Below are positions 8,935 to 17,539 of a stretch of 32,000 nucleotides of DNA, piece by piece. The stretch lies in contig NZ_LN885086.1 in assembly GCF_001458695.1 (NCBI RefSeq), positions 1,110,001 through 1,142,000 on the forward strand, given 5' to 3'. The position numbers were made by a program, and so were the translations under genes. The stretch comes from Candidatus Nitrospira inopinata. GTDB lineage: Bacteria > Nitrospirota > Nitrospiria > Nitrospirales > Nitrospiraceae. Below the pieces are notes generated by a model that searched no databases, was not told where the DNA came from, and worked only from the letters and a program-made list of their open reading frames with translations. Numbering within the stretch: the stretch's first letter is position 1; every line of letters starts with the position of its first letter.

Positions 8935-10074
8935 GTGCCGGTGACCGCCGATCAGGAGGCAGAACCCTTCTCGGCCGATCGAGACTCCATCGGCCCTTGC
9001 GACGACCGGCCTCGGTCGGGAATCGGCGGGCTCCTCGCCTCCGGCTGTTGTTCCGTCGCCGCGCTGATCATCACCTTCCTCGGGTTTTCTCAATTTGATC
9101 TTCCTATCGCTCGATACGTGCGGTCCGTCACGACGTACCGCCCCTGGGAGCAGCTCACCATCCCCTGGATGGCCTTTACCAGCAACGCCGGGGACTGGAT
9201 CGGCGAAGGAACGCACCTGGTCGCCTTCAGCCTGGCCTTGGCGGCGGTCGGATGGTTTTGGTCGAAGGAGACGGTCAAAAAAGCGGGCATCGAAACCCTG
9301 CTCGCGCACGGCCTCGCGGCCGTGATGGTGAACGGGCTCAAGCACCTGATCGGCAGACCCCGTCCCAAATTTACCCACTCCGGCGACTGGTCGCTCGCGC
9401 CGTCGATGACGTCCGGGTTCGATTCGTTTCCCTCCGGTCATTCGTCGATCGGTTTTGCCGTCGCGACCGTCCTGGCCAAGCGGTTTCCCGCAATCGGTCC
9501 GCTCGCGATCGGCATCGCCTGTTTCGTGGTGCTCAGTCGTGTTCTTCGCGGGTCTCATTTTCCGACCGACGTGATCGGGGGAGCCGTAATCGGGGTTGTA
9601 AGCGGGACGATAGCCGCCGCTCCCTTGAAACAGTGGCGGACGTCGATTGCAGAGGGGTTGTTGTATTCCGCATGGGGAACCTGCGCCACGTTGGCGCTGC
9701 TGTGGGCCTTGGCTCGCCCCGCGGAAGGAGGAATCGCCGGTGCGGTCCTGATCGTATTGGGCCTGGCCGCCACGGCTGGTGGGTTATGGCTTCGGCGACT
9801 CATGTGGAAGGGCAACGGCGCATCCGGCTTCTCGACGAAGGCCTCGCCGCTTCTCATCGCCTATGGCCTTGCCGCGATGACGACGTCGCTCTACGTGGTG
9901 GCGGCCACCGGGTTGACCTGCCTTGCACATTGGCTTGGCGGCGAACCGGTCGTTCAAGAAAAGAGGCCGATTCGCTTGTCATGGTCGGCGGCGAGAGAGG
10001 TCGCTCTCTTGCTCGGTGTGCTGTCGGCTCTGTTGCTCCTGTTCGGCGTTCGCGGAGTGCTTCCCTTTCGGTGA
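8935..10074 (+). CDS. PAP2-superfamily membrane phosphatase (lipid phosphate or undecaprenyl-PP / lipid A phosphatase-like) with extra C-terminal transmembrane region
   Basis: All three acid-phosphatase motifs are present: KHLIGRPRP (K-x6-RP), PSGHS, and SRVLRGSHFPTD (SR-x5-H-x3-D). Hydrophobic segments occur throughout. The GTG start is 4 nt after the upstream stop. Confidence 0.8.
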   Translation: MPVTADQEAEPFSADRDSIGPCDDRPRSGIGGLLASGCCSVAALIITFLGFSQFDLPIARYVRSVTTYRPWEQLTIPWMAFTSNAGDWIGEGTHLVAFSLALAAVGWFWSKETVKKAGIETLLAHGLAAVMVNGLKHLIGRPRPKFTHSGDWSLAPSMTSGFDSFPSGHSSIGFAVATVLAKRFPAIGPLAIGIACFVVLSRVLRGSHFPTDVIGGAVIGVVSGTIAAAPLKQWRTSIAEGLLYSAWGTCATLALLWALARPAEGGIAGAVLIVLGLAATAGGLWLRRLMWKGNGASGFSTKASPLLIAYGLAAMTTSLYVVAATGLTCLAHWLGGEPVVQEKRPIRLSWSAAREVALLLGVLSALLLLFGVRGVLPFR

Positions 10075-10160
10075 TCGTTGATCCGCAAGGGACCGGTGTC
10101 GTCCGTCATGAAATCAGGTTTTGACGGGTGCCGACGCAAAGACACCCACGGTGAAAACAG

Positions 10161-11936
10161 TCAGTGAGCGGGGAGCATGGGCGACGTCGGTTGCCGGGAC
10201 GGCTCCGGTATCGTCACCATCGGTTGATTGGCCAGGAGCACGTAGCCGTGCTGCTTGAGGACCGGTTGAAACGAGGCGGCTTCCTCCGGCAAGGATCCGC
10301 GCAGGTCGTCCCGCAAGAGGATCATGGTGCGGCCCGGATGACGCAGGGCCGTCTTGAGCCGATCCCATTCCCCCGTTGAAACAAACAGGACCCGGCGCTG
10401 CGCGTAAAATGCGATGGAGGGTCTGGTCGTTCCGTAGGCGATCAATTGATCGGCCGGATCGAGACTCACGCCGGCCGCATAGGCCAGTTCCTGGGGCGGA
10501 GCGATGGCATAGCGGTTGATGCCAGGGACGACGGTATAGAGCGCGAGGAGGAAGACGGCGGCGACCGTTCCTCCCGCGACCCCGAGTGTCATCCAACGTT
10601 TTTCACGGTACAACCCGAAATAACCGATCAGCCCCATGCCGATCAACACCGACGCCGCGGCCAGATAGGGGCCGATTCCCAGGTCGAATTCTGTGGCGAG
10701 GGGAAACTCATTGAGCAGTTTGCCGGAGAACTTTTCGTACAGGATGGGCAAGCAGGCCAATCCGATCGCCAAGAGATAGCCGACGATCGTCGTGGCGTGG
10801 AGAGACAAGCGAATCCCTTTCGCGAGCGGTTCCTCGCCCGCGCGGAACCAGTAGGATGCCGCCAGTAACGAGGCGGCGGGAAAAAGCGGGCCGATATAAT
10901 GCGGCAAGCGCGTCGAAGACAGGGTGAAAAAGACAAAGGTTCCGATGAGCCACAGGGCGGCGAACCATTCCAGCTCTCTTCCCTCCGATGCTCCGTCGTC
11001 GGTCGCCGATCGGGCCGTGTCCGGCAACGAGGGCTCGGCGGGACCTGTTTGCGGTCGGCTCCGCCAGTCGAGATAGGTCTGATACAGCGCGGCGGGCAAC
11101 AAGGGACTCCAGGGGAAAAAGCCGAAGAACAGCACGGGGATGTAGAACCACAGCCCTGCCCCATGTCCTTCCATCGGGCTGAGAAAGCGGCCGACGGTGT
11201 GAAGCTTGGCCTGCGAGCTGTAGGAGTCGCCGTGGATGATGACCATGGCGGCATACCAGGGGATCGTCAGTGCCGCGAACAGGAGGGCGCCGGCAAGGGG
11301 GAAGCCGCGCCGCCAGAACTGCATCCATCGCCGTGCCGCCGTCAGGTAGAGTCCCACCGTCATCAATGGAACCAGGAATCCGACCGGTCCTTTCGTGAGG
11401 GTCGCAACGGCCATGCCGACGTAGAAGCTCCATATCCAATGGCGCTCCGTCCCCGTCCCGTGCAGCCCCAGCCAAAACCCATAGAGCGAGAGGGTGGTAA
11501 AGAAGATGAGGACGCTGTCGGTAATGGCCATGCGCCCAAGCGCCAGCATTTCGACGTTCAGCAGCAACATGAACGCGCCGGCGAACCCGACGGCGGTTCC
11601 CCGCCATCGGGAGAGAAAGACGAATTGCATGAGGACCAGCGCCACACCGAAGACGGCCGAAGGAGCCCGTGCCGCGAACTCACTGACACCGAAGGCCTGA
11701 TAGGACAGCGTCATCAGCCAATAGATGAACACCGGTTTGGCCACGCGCAGCTCTCCGTTGAACGTGGGAGTGACCAAATCGCCGGAGGCGAACATCTCGC
11801 GGCCGGCCTCCGCGTTCCGCCCTTCGTCGCGATCGGTGAGACCCATGTCTCCGAGTCCGACAAAAAGGAGGAGGGCTGAGAGAGCCAAGAGAACGGCCGC
11901 CATGACCAGCCTTGGGGGTTGGCGATCAGAGATCAT
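10161..11936 (-). CDS. GT39/GT83-type (ArnT/PMT-like) polyprenyl-phosphate-sugar-dependent glycosyltransferase
   Basis: 591 aa, with a polytopic N-terminal part and a soluble C-terminal domain. The first periplasmic loop carries the acidic motif DRDEGRNAEAGREM, typical of the ArnT/PMT family. It is last in an operon with a GT2 and a LAB_N gene. Confidence 0.8.
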   Translation of the reverse strand: MISDRQPPRLVMAAVLLALSALLLFVGLGDMGLTDRDEGRNAEAGREMFASGDLVTPTFNGELRVAKPVFIYWLMTLSYQAFGVSEFAARAPSAVFGVALVLMQFVFLSRWRGTAVGFAGAFMLLLNVEMLALGRMAITDSVLIFFTTLSLYGFWLGLHGTGTERHWIWSFYVGMAVATLTKGPVGFLVPLMTVGLYLTAARRWMQFWRRGFPLAGALLFAALTIPWYAAMVIIHGDSYSSQAKLHTVGRFLSPMEGHGAGLWFYIPVLFFGFFPWSPLLPAALYQTYLDWRSRPQTGPAEPSLPDTARSATDDGASEGRELEWFAALWLIGTFVFFTLSSTRLPHYIGPLFPAASLLAASYWFRAGEEPLAKGIRLSLHATTIVGYLLAIGLACLPILYEKFSGKLLNEFPLATEFDLGIGPYLAAASVLIGMGLIGYFGLYREKRWMTLGVAGGTVAAVFLLALYTVVPGINRYAIAPPQELAYAAGVSLDPADQLIAYGTTRPSIAFYAQRRVLFVSTGEWDRLKTALRHPGRTMILLRDDLRGSLPEEAASFQPVLKQHGYVLLANQPMVTIPEPSRQPTSPMLPAH

Positions 11937-11996
11937 GCAGCGATCCTTTCAAAGGCGTGGCCCTGTGAGCGGCGGAACCACTGAGCCTGCGGGCCG

Positions 11997-12311
11997 TCAT
12001 GGTTGGCGAGAGGAATCGTCGGCGGAACGTTGGGCCTCGCCGGCGCGGCGGTTGGCTCGGTGAATGAGCATGAGATTGCGAACATAGACCACCGATCCGA
12101 GACCTTGTCCAGCGATAAAGACCGGGTCCTCTCGGTAAAGCGCATAGGCCAGCGTGATGAGTCCGCCGAATAGGCTCATATACCAGAATGAAATGGGAAC
12201 CTCGCTTCTGGCGCGTTTCTCCGACAGGATCCATTGGACCACCCAGCGACCGAAAAACAGACCTTGGCCCAAAAATCCGATGCCGATCCAAATGGTTTCC
12301 GTCGTCAGCAT
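11997..12311 (-). CDS. Small membrane protein with lipid-A-biosynthesis N-terminal (LAB_N) domain
   Basis: 104 aa. The pattern GFLGQGLFFGRWVVQWILSEKRARSEVPISFWYMSLFGGLITLAYALY matches the LAB_N (PF07578-type) pattern as I recall it. Confidence 0.7.
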   Translation of the reverse strand: MLTTETIWIGIGFLGQGLFFGRWVVQWILSEKRARSEVPISFWYMSLFGGLITLAYALYREDPVFIAGQGLGSVVYVRNLMLIHRANRRAGEAQRSADDSSRQP

Positions 12312-12408
12312 CGGGGGAAGAGGGCAATCGGTGAGGGAAACGATCCGCCGTTTTCCCGAAGGGGTTCGCAGAAGGAGCCGTCACTCATCGGACGCGGCAG
12401 CGGGTACG

Positions 12409-13146
12409 TCACGCCGGCTCTCTGAATTTGTACCGTAAGACGCGATGCTGCATCCATCGCACCGCGATCAGGTCGTAGAGGGACTTGAACAGTCGATTGC
12501 CCATGCCGTATTTCGAGCGCCCGTGGATGCGGGGGTAATGCCGGACCGGCACTTCGGTGACCGTGAAGCCGTGCATCAACGCCAGGGCGGGGAAAAATCG
12601 ATGCATGCCTTCGTAGAGACAAATCCGCTCCAAGACGGGACGCCGGAAGACCTTGAGCGGACAGCCCGTATCGTGGACGCCGTCGTGCGTGACCATGTTG
12701 CGTATCCGATTGGCGATCCGAGACGACAGTTTCTTGACCAAGCCGTCCTGCCGCTGTTGCCGCCATCCGCAAACGAGGTCATAGGAGGACGTGAGGGGGA
12801 GGAGTTTCAAAATATCCTCGCTGTCCTGCTGGAGGTCCCCGTCGATCTGAACGATGAGATCGCCGGACGACCGGCGGAACCCCGCGTCGAGCGCGCAGGT
12901 CTTGCCGTAGTTGCGGTCGAAGTGAACCACTTGCATTTGAGGGTGAAGTGCCGCCAACCGATCGAGTTCCTCGGCGCTGCCGTCGGTGCTGCCGTCGTCG
13001 ACGAAGATCAGTTCAAACGGTCGCGACCGCGAAAGTTCATGCGAGTCCATCACCTTCAAAAGCCCGGCGATGAGGGGCGAGAGGTTGTCCCGTTCGTCTT
13101 TGATGGGGATGATGACGGAGGCCCAGGGGGTGAGGGGCGGTTTCAT
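12409..13146 (-). CDS. GT2-family polyprenyl-phosphate glycosyltransferase (ArnC / DPM1 / GtrB-like)
   Basis: Motifs SVIIPIKDE, FVDDGSTDGS and IDGDLQQD (a DxD-type motif). Size 245 aa. First gene of the operon with LAB_N and the ArnT-like gene. Confidence 0.85.
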   Translation of the reverse strand: MKPPLTPWASVIIPIKDERDNLSPLIAGLLKVMDSHELSRSRPFELIFVDDGSTDGSAEELDRLAALHPQMQVVHFDRNYGKTCALDAGFRRSSGDLIVQIDGDLQQDSEDILKLLPLTSSYDLVCGWRQQRQDGLVKKLSSRIANRIRNMVTHDGVHDTGCPLKVFRRPVLERICLYEGMHRFFPALALMHGFTVTEVPVRHYPRIHGRSKYGMGNRLFKSLYDLIAVRWMQHRVLRYKFREPA

Positions 13147-13196
13147 GACGCGCGAACGCTCCGACGGCGGATTCCGAGCAGCCTTTTCACAGGCGC

Positions 13197-13225
13197 ATTC
13201 TAACGAAAGGTCGAGGGAGCGTCAA
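13197..13225 (-). promoter_or_regulatory. Candidate sigma70-type promoter for the GT2 / LAB_N / GT39 operon
   Basis: The minus strand reads TTGACG-N17-TAGAAT (-35 at 13225-13220, -10 at 13202-13197), about 50 nt upstream of the GT2 start codon at 13146. Confidence 0.35.
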
Positions 13226-13324
13226 ACGGCGGAGGGATCAAGCGGGAGAACGTCCGCTGTTTCCGCCCCGATGCTCCCGCCTCCTCATTAGCCGGGCGCT
13301 CGTTTCGATTCAAATGGAGACCGC

Positions 13325-13711
13325 TCACGAGGGGACGATGTCCGTCCCCCACGGATTATCGACAAGAAACAGCCACGTGCCATCGGATCTGCGCCGCAGG
13401 ATGCTGGAGGATCGACCACCCAATTGAATCGGGACGTTCGTTGAATCTACTCCCCGGAGATTCCATCGGGCGCAATACTGCGCGATATCCCCGCACTGAA
13501 CCAGTTGCTGCGCCTCGATGGTCAGCGAAGGCTTGAGCGCCATGAAGCTTTCGAGCGCGCGGCGTATTTCGGGAGTTCCCTTGACAACGGTATCGGGGCG
13601 AATAACGAAGGCGGCTTCCGGATCGAACAGAGCCAGCGCCGCGTCGAGATCACAGGCATTCATAGCCGCGACCAGCCGGGCAATGGTATGGAGAGGGTCA
13701 GATCGTTCCAT
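13325..13711 (-). CDS. NTF2-like / SnoaL-like (DUF4440-type) small protein
   Basis: 128 aa. The pattern (LVAAMNACDLDAALALFDPEAAFV ... DGTWLFLVDNPWG) is typical of ketosteroid-isomerase-fold proteins. Confidence 0.6.
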   Translation of the reverse strand: MERSDPLHTIARLVAAMNACDLDAALALFDPEAAFVIRPDTVVKGTPEIRRALESFMALKPSLTIEAQQLVQCGDIAQYCARWNLRGVDSTNVPIQLGGRSSSILRRRSDGTWLFLVDNPWGTDIVPS

Positions 13712-13992
13712 GGCGTATCCTTTCTCGTAGCGACGGCTACGCTCCGTGCAGACTTCTGTGCAAAAACATCGTGTGGGTTCGATGAACGGCGTTGAGAGGT
13801 CCGGTCTTTTTTATCGCCGCCATTTCATTGAACTGATGGATGAACCGATGACTCGACTCAAGAGGGCGTTCCGGCCGTGTCCAACCGTCCGAGTCGGATT
13901 CGCCCTTCTCCGCTCCACAACAACGGGGATAGCCTCCTCCATCAAGAGGCGGGATTTTGACGTCGTGAAATGAGGGCGCATAGATCCGCGGT

Positions 13993-14580
13993 TTATTTGC
14001 CGATCTTCGAGGCGATCACGGTGAACCGCATGGTTCCCATCAAGCTCAATTCGTTGACTTGTTCGCCGACGTGGATCTCGACCTTGTAGCGACCGGGCCG
14101 CCACCCTCCAGGAGGGCGACGGAACGAGAGGTATCCGCTGTTGTCTTCCAGCGCCACATGGACCACGTCCTCGCTGACGAGCGTGTCCGCTGCGAGGCCG
14201 GGCACGGACTCCGGAAAACAGCGGCCGAAGATGTTGAACCCCTGATAGTGTTGATGGAGAGAAAATACGATAAAGACCATGGGAGCGTCCATGGAAAACC
14301 GATCCGTCGGCCGGACCGGTACGATCTCATGGGTTCGCAGGTGGCCGATCTCTTCTTCGAAGTTTTCCGCCGTCGTGATGGAGCGGAACAGCCCCTCCGG
14401 CGGCGCGTCAAAATCGTACCCCTTGACGTCCTCGGCGCGGTTTTGAAACTCCGACATAGGAACGTTCTCGGTAAGAGGCAATTCTTCGGCCAGGCTTGCA
14501 GACGGCATCGGCAGGAGCGCTCCGGCCAACGCCGCGGCGAGGGCGACGCCCAGAATGCCGTTTGTCCGGAGTGCCGTCAT
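13993..14580 (-). CDS. Secreted hypothetical protein
   Basis: 195 aa with a clear N-terminal signal peptide (ILGVALAAALAGALLPMPSASLA/EE). I recognise no motif. Coding looks plausible from length and codon style. Confidence 0.55.
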   Translation of the reverse strand: MTALRTNGILGVALAAALAGALLPMPSASLAEELPLTENVPMSEFQNRAEDVKGYDFDAPPEGLFRSITTAENFEEEIGHLRTHEIVPVRPTDRFSMDAPMVFIVFSLHQHYQGFNIFGRCFPESVPGLAADTLVSEDVVHVALEDNSGYLSFRRPPGGWRPGRYKVEIHVGEQVNELSLMGTMRFTVIASKIGK

Positions 14581-14804
14581 ACCATGCTACCTATCGCGGC
14601 CAGCGGAGGCCTGTCAAGAACAGGGTGGGAGTTTCATGGCGGGATGGCGACGTCGGGCCTTGCGACGCGCTCTTTCATCGAAACAGACTCCTCAAACCGG
14701 CGGTCGCCCAACGAGCGGGCTGACCTTCCCGTTGCGACTGGTTTGATCCGTTTGTTACGATTTCGCCGCTTCAGGACGATCATCTCTCACGTGGACGGGG
14801 GCGA

Positions 14805-16244
14805 ATGTTACAGACCATCGACGACCTTCCGCAGCCGATCGGAGAATTCAAACCGCTCGATCAATGGCAGGCCCATCTGAACCGGATTTTCTACGGGCTT
14901 CGAGGGGACACGCTCCGATCGTATTATCAAACGTTCGCTTCCGCCGATTATCGACTCGCCCACGCGCTCGCCGCCGACTACTATGAAAAAGTCGTGGAGC
15001 GAGAGAAGGCCGACACTCGTCAATCGTCAGGCAGCAGTCGTATGGCGAACGGCGAATCACGGTTGATGGTGATGGAGTGGGGGCCCGGCAACGGCAATCT
15101 GGCCGCCTGTTTTCTCTGCCATCTCAAAACGGTCGATCAAGAGGGCGCGGTCTATCCCCGTGTGCGATACCTCATGGTCGATTGGGACCGGGCGGTGTTG
15201 GAAGGAGCGTTGGCCCATCCGGACTTGGCGGCGCATCGGGATCGCGTGGAGGTTCATTGCGGCTCGATTGAACAGGTGACGGGGGTGGGCGATGGAACGG
15301 TCGATCGGATCATCTGCAACGAGTTGTGGAACGATTTGCCGACCAAGCTGATGGCCAAGAACGCGGGGGGCCTTGAAGAGGAGTACGTCCGGCCGAACGT
15401 GAGCGGGGCGCTGCATGCCGGGATCCACGACTGGTCCGCCTTCCTACGGGCCTTTGACGCGAAGGATATCGACCATCTGAAAAGTTGCCCTCCCTTTCTT
15501 GATGACTTGGTCTGGGAAAAAGAGCATCGCGCCGTCGAATGGAAGCAGGTTCCCTATCGGAAAACCATCGTAGAGTTCTTCAAAGAAATCGATCAACGCG
15601 TGTTGGTGCCGGTGAACCTTGGCGCCTTCGCCGCTTTGAAAGAAGCCAAGCGGCTGCTGGCGCCCGATGCCATCGGCTTCAGCGCCTTCGACGCCGGCAC
15701 GGCGGATCTGAAGGTCTTGAACGATCCGGACAAACCCTGTTACGGCCTGTTCGGCGGACAATACAGTTTCATGATCAATTTTGCGTTGGTCGAAGCGGTG
15801 GCCCGGCATCTGGGGTTCACGCGCGTGGCGCTCGAGCCGCAGCGCGAATTCGTCGGTCGATCGTTGAACACCAACGTCATCACGCTTATGGACCTGTTGG
15901 CCGTGCATCCGTCCGCCGGGCCGAAGCTTCGATCGTGGGAGCAGGATCGGCTCGCGCTGAAGACGATCAAGGCGTTGAACGAGACGTACGAGAGCCCCTA
16001 CCGGCGGCGGATTGATTTTCCGCTGCCCACGGACGCCCCGCCGGACGAGCGTGAAACGTTGAGCGCCCTTGCGCGTTCCTTGAAAGACGACGGAATTCCC
16101 GATACCGTCGCCTACGTCACGGAAGAAGAACTCGCCCGCGCACGGAAAGATCTGGAGGAGATCGGGTACGATCCGGATGCCATCGGCATGGTGTTGCATG
16201 CTCCTCCAAGCCCCGTCGAGTATTGCCACTTCACCTGCCGGTGA
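14805..16244 (+). CDS. Putative class I SAM-dependent methyltransferase, MidA/NDUFAF7-like (Methyltransf_28-type) with a long C-terminal extension
   Basis: Motif I-like VMEWGPGNGNLA, an acidic post-I residue in YLMVDWD, and IICNELWNDLP, which resembles the ANE(L/F)xDALP block of the MidA family. ATG preceded by GGGGG. The function call is tentative. Confidence 0.55.
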   Translation: MLQTIDDLPQPIGEFKPLDQWQAHLNRIFYGLRGDTLRSYYQTFASADYRLAHALAADYYEKVVEREKADTRQSSGSSRMANGESRLMVMEWGPGNGNLAACFLCHLKTVDQEGAVYPRVRYLMVDWDRAVLEGALAHPDLAAHRDRVEVHCGSIEQVTGVGDGTVDRIICNELWNDLPTKLMAKNAGGLEEEYVRPNVSGALHAGIHDWSAFLRAFDAKDIDHLKSCPPFLDDLVWEKEHRAVEWKQVPYRKTIVEFFKEIDQRVLVPVNLGAFAALKEAKRLLAPDAIGFSAFDAGTADLKVLNDPDKPCYGLFGGQYSFMINFALVEAVARHLGFTRVALEPQREFVGRSLNTNVITLMDLLAVHPSAGPKLRSWEQDRLALKTIKALNETYESPYRRRIDFPLPTDAPPDERETLSALARSLKDDGIPDTVAYVTEEELARARKDLEEIGYDPDAIGMVLHAPPSPVEYCHFTCR

Positions 16245-16318
16245 CGTGACCGGCCGTGAACCGAGGTCCATCCTGCGCGTCTTGTCGCCGGTGATGAGCC
16301 GGACGCTCCGCGTCGGTT

Positions 16319-17347
16319 TTACCCGGAGGGGGCAAGGGGAGCGAGCAGAAGAGAGCTCAAGGGACTTGCCAACAGAGGAGCCAACATCAGGCCGAATTGA
16401 GGAACGTGATCGTGCAACGACAGAAACAGACCGTGCTGTTTGAGCCACGCTTCCTGAGCCGAGGGAGACCGGGTGTCGGGGTCGGCTTGTAAGAGAGCTT
16501 GTGCTCGTTTCGCCAGGATGAAGGCGGCGGGAAGGTAGGTGGATACCAACATCAAGGTGAAGGTGACGCCCCAAAAAAGCGTGACGGCCATAGCCGCTCC
16601 AAGTACCGCTTCGTGCGCGGCCTTGTCGGAGATCAACGCCGCCGGCCATCGAAGCCAGGCCCCCATATGGAGGACTCCAGCCACGAGGACAGCCGAGGAC
16701 GCGCCCAGGACTTCCTTCAGTCGTTTCATCTGCGTCGCACAAAAATCAGGGTCGGCTTGATCGCCCGTGAGCGGAGGAGCGAGCGTGCTGCAAGCGGCCA
16801 GAATCGCCACCACCGGCACCACGACGGCCTCCACATTGATGAGGGAAACCACGGTCTTGGCATAGCGCAAGAGTTCCGGGCTGATTCGCTCGGGGCCGGC
16901 TTGGCGCAGGTTCTCGTAACTGAAGGCGAACACCGCCCGATAAAGCGTATGGGTTTCATCCAGCGCCAACAGAGAGAAGAGTCCCATTGCGGCGAGGATG
17001 GTGCCGACCCCCGCGACCACGGCCATCCGTGGTCGCGGATGAGATTGATACACAATCATCCCGCAGAGAATCGAGGCATAGAGTCCGGCGACCAGCATGA
17101 TGACGACGGTGGTGAGCCAGAGGTACCGTGATTTGACCTCCACCAGAAAGTGGGAGGGATTGAAAGAATGAGTGGAGCGTTCTGAGTCAGGGTGCATCAG
17201 CCGGTTCGTCAGATAGTGAAAATTGTCCACCGTGATGTTGGAGCTGAATTCAAACAAACCGATCGCAAGCGATAGGATGAACAGTGACGGGATCATGAGG
17301 AACAGAAACCGATAGTCGGAAGCGGAGGCGGAAGAGGGCGAAGTCAT
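16319..17347 (-). CDS. Polytopic inner-membrane protein of unknown function
   Basis: At least six or seven hydrophobic helices (for example FLMIPSLFILSLAIGLF, WLTTVVIMLVAGLYASILCGMIVY, AMAVTLFWGVTFTLMLVSTYLPAAFIL). The start is set at the ATG at 17347 (alternative 17404). The track start 17515 would run through the promoter of the divergent riboswitch operon. Confidence 0.55.
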   Translation of the reverse strand: MTSPSSASASDYRFLFLMIPSLFILSLAIGLFEFSSNITVDNFHYLTNRLMHPDSERSTHSFNPSHFLVEVKSRYLWLTTVVIMLVAGLYASILCGMIVYQSHPRPRMAVVAGVGTILAAMGLFSLLALDETHTLYRAVFAFSYENLRQAGPERISPELLRYAKTVVSLINVEAVVVPVVAILAACSTLAPPLTGDQADPDFCATQMKRLKEVLGASSAVLVAGVLHMGAWLRWPAALISDKAAHEAVLGAAMAVTLFWGVTFTLMLVSTYLPAAFILAKRAQALLQADPDTRSPSAQEAWLKQHGLFLSLHDHVPQFGLMLAPLLASPLSSLLLAPLAPSG

Positions 17348-17492
17348 GATCGTCGGCCTTGACGCAACGGTCTTCACGCGCGAGACATGAGAGGGAGGGG
17401 GCATGCTAGCACAATCGCTTGATGCGGGCGAGTCGGCACGTCGGGAAAAAGTCGTTCTTGCAAATCTTCGGAAACGTCGAGGGAGGGAAGGC

Positions 17493-17521
17493 TTGACTTC
17501 GATAAGGAAGACCAATAGGAT
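17493..17521 (+). promoter_or_regulatory. Candidate sigma70-type promoter of the riboswitch-permease-hydrolase unit
   Basis: TTGACT (17493-17498), a 17-nt spacer, then TAGGAT (17516-17521). The predicted transcription start falls in the A-run about 10-15 nt before the aptamer. Confidence 0.4.
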
Positions 17522-17539
17522 GCTATAAAAAATCCAAAA

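Noticed and set aside
13746-13973. 75-aa ORF in the long spacer between the NTF2-like and secreted-protein genes
   Set aside because: No ribosome-binding site. The composition is basic and low-complexity. It overlaps an equally unconvincing minus-strand ORF (13811..14104). I treat it as non-coding spacer.
16299-16320. Short hairpin GACGC-TCC-GCGTC followed by GGTTTT, between the convergent methyltransferase and membrane protein genes
   Set aside because: The stem is only 5 bp, and the T-run overlaps the stop codon of the minus-strand gene. This is too weak to call a bidirectional terminator.
17348-17515. N-terminal 56-aa extension of the membrane protein ORF (track start 17515)
   Set aside because: The extension is highly basic and non-hydrophobic (RRFRRFARTTFSRR). 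It also overlaps the TTGACT-N17-TAGGAT promoter of the divergent riboswitch unit. The ATG at 17347 (or 17404) is a more plausible start.
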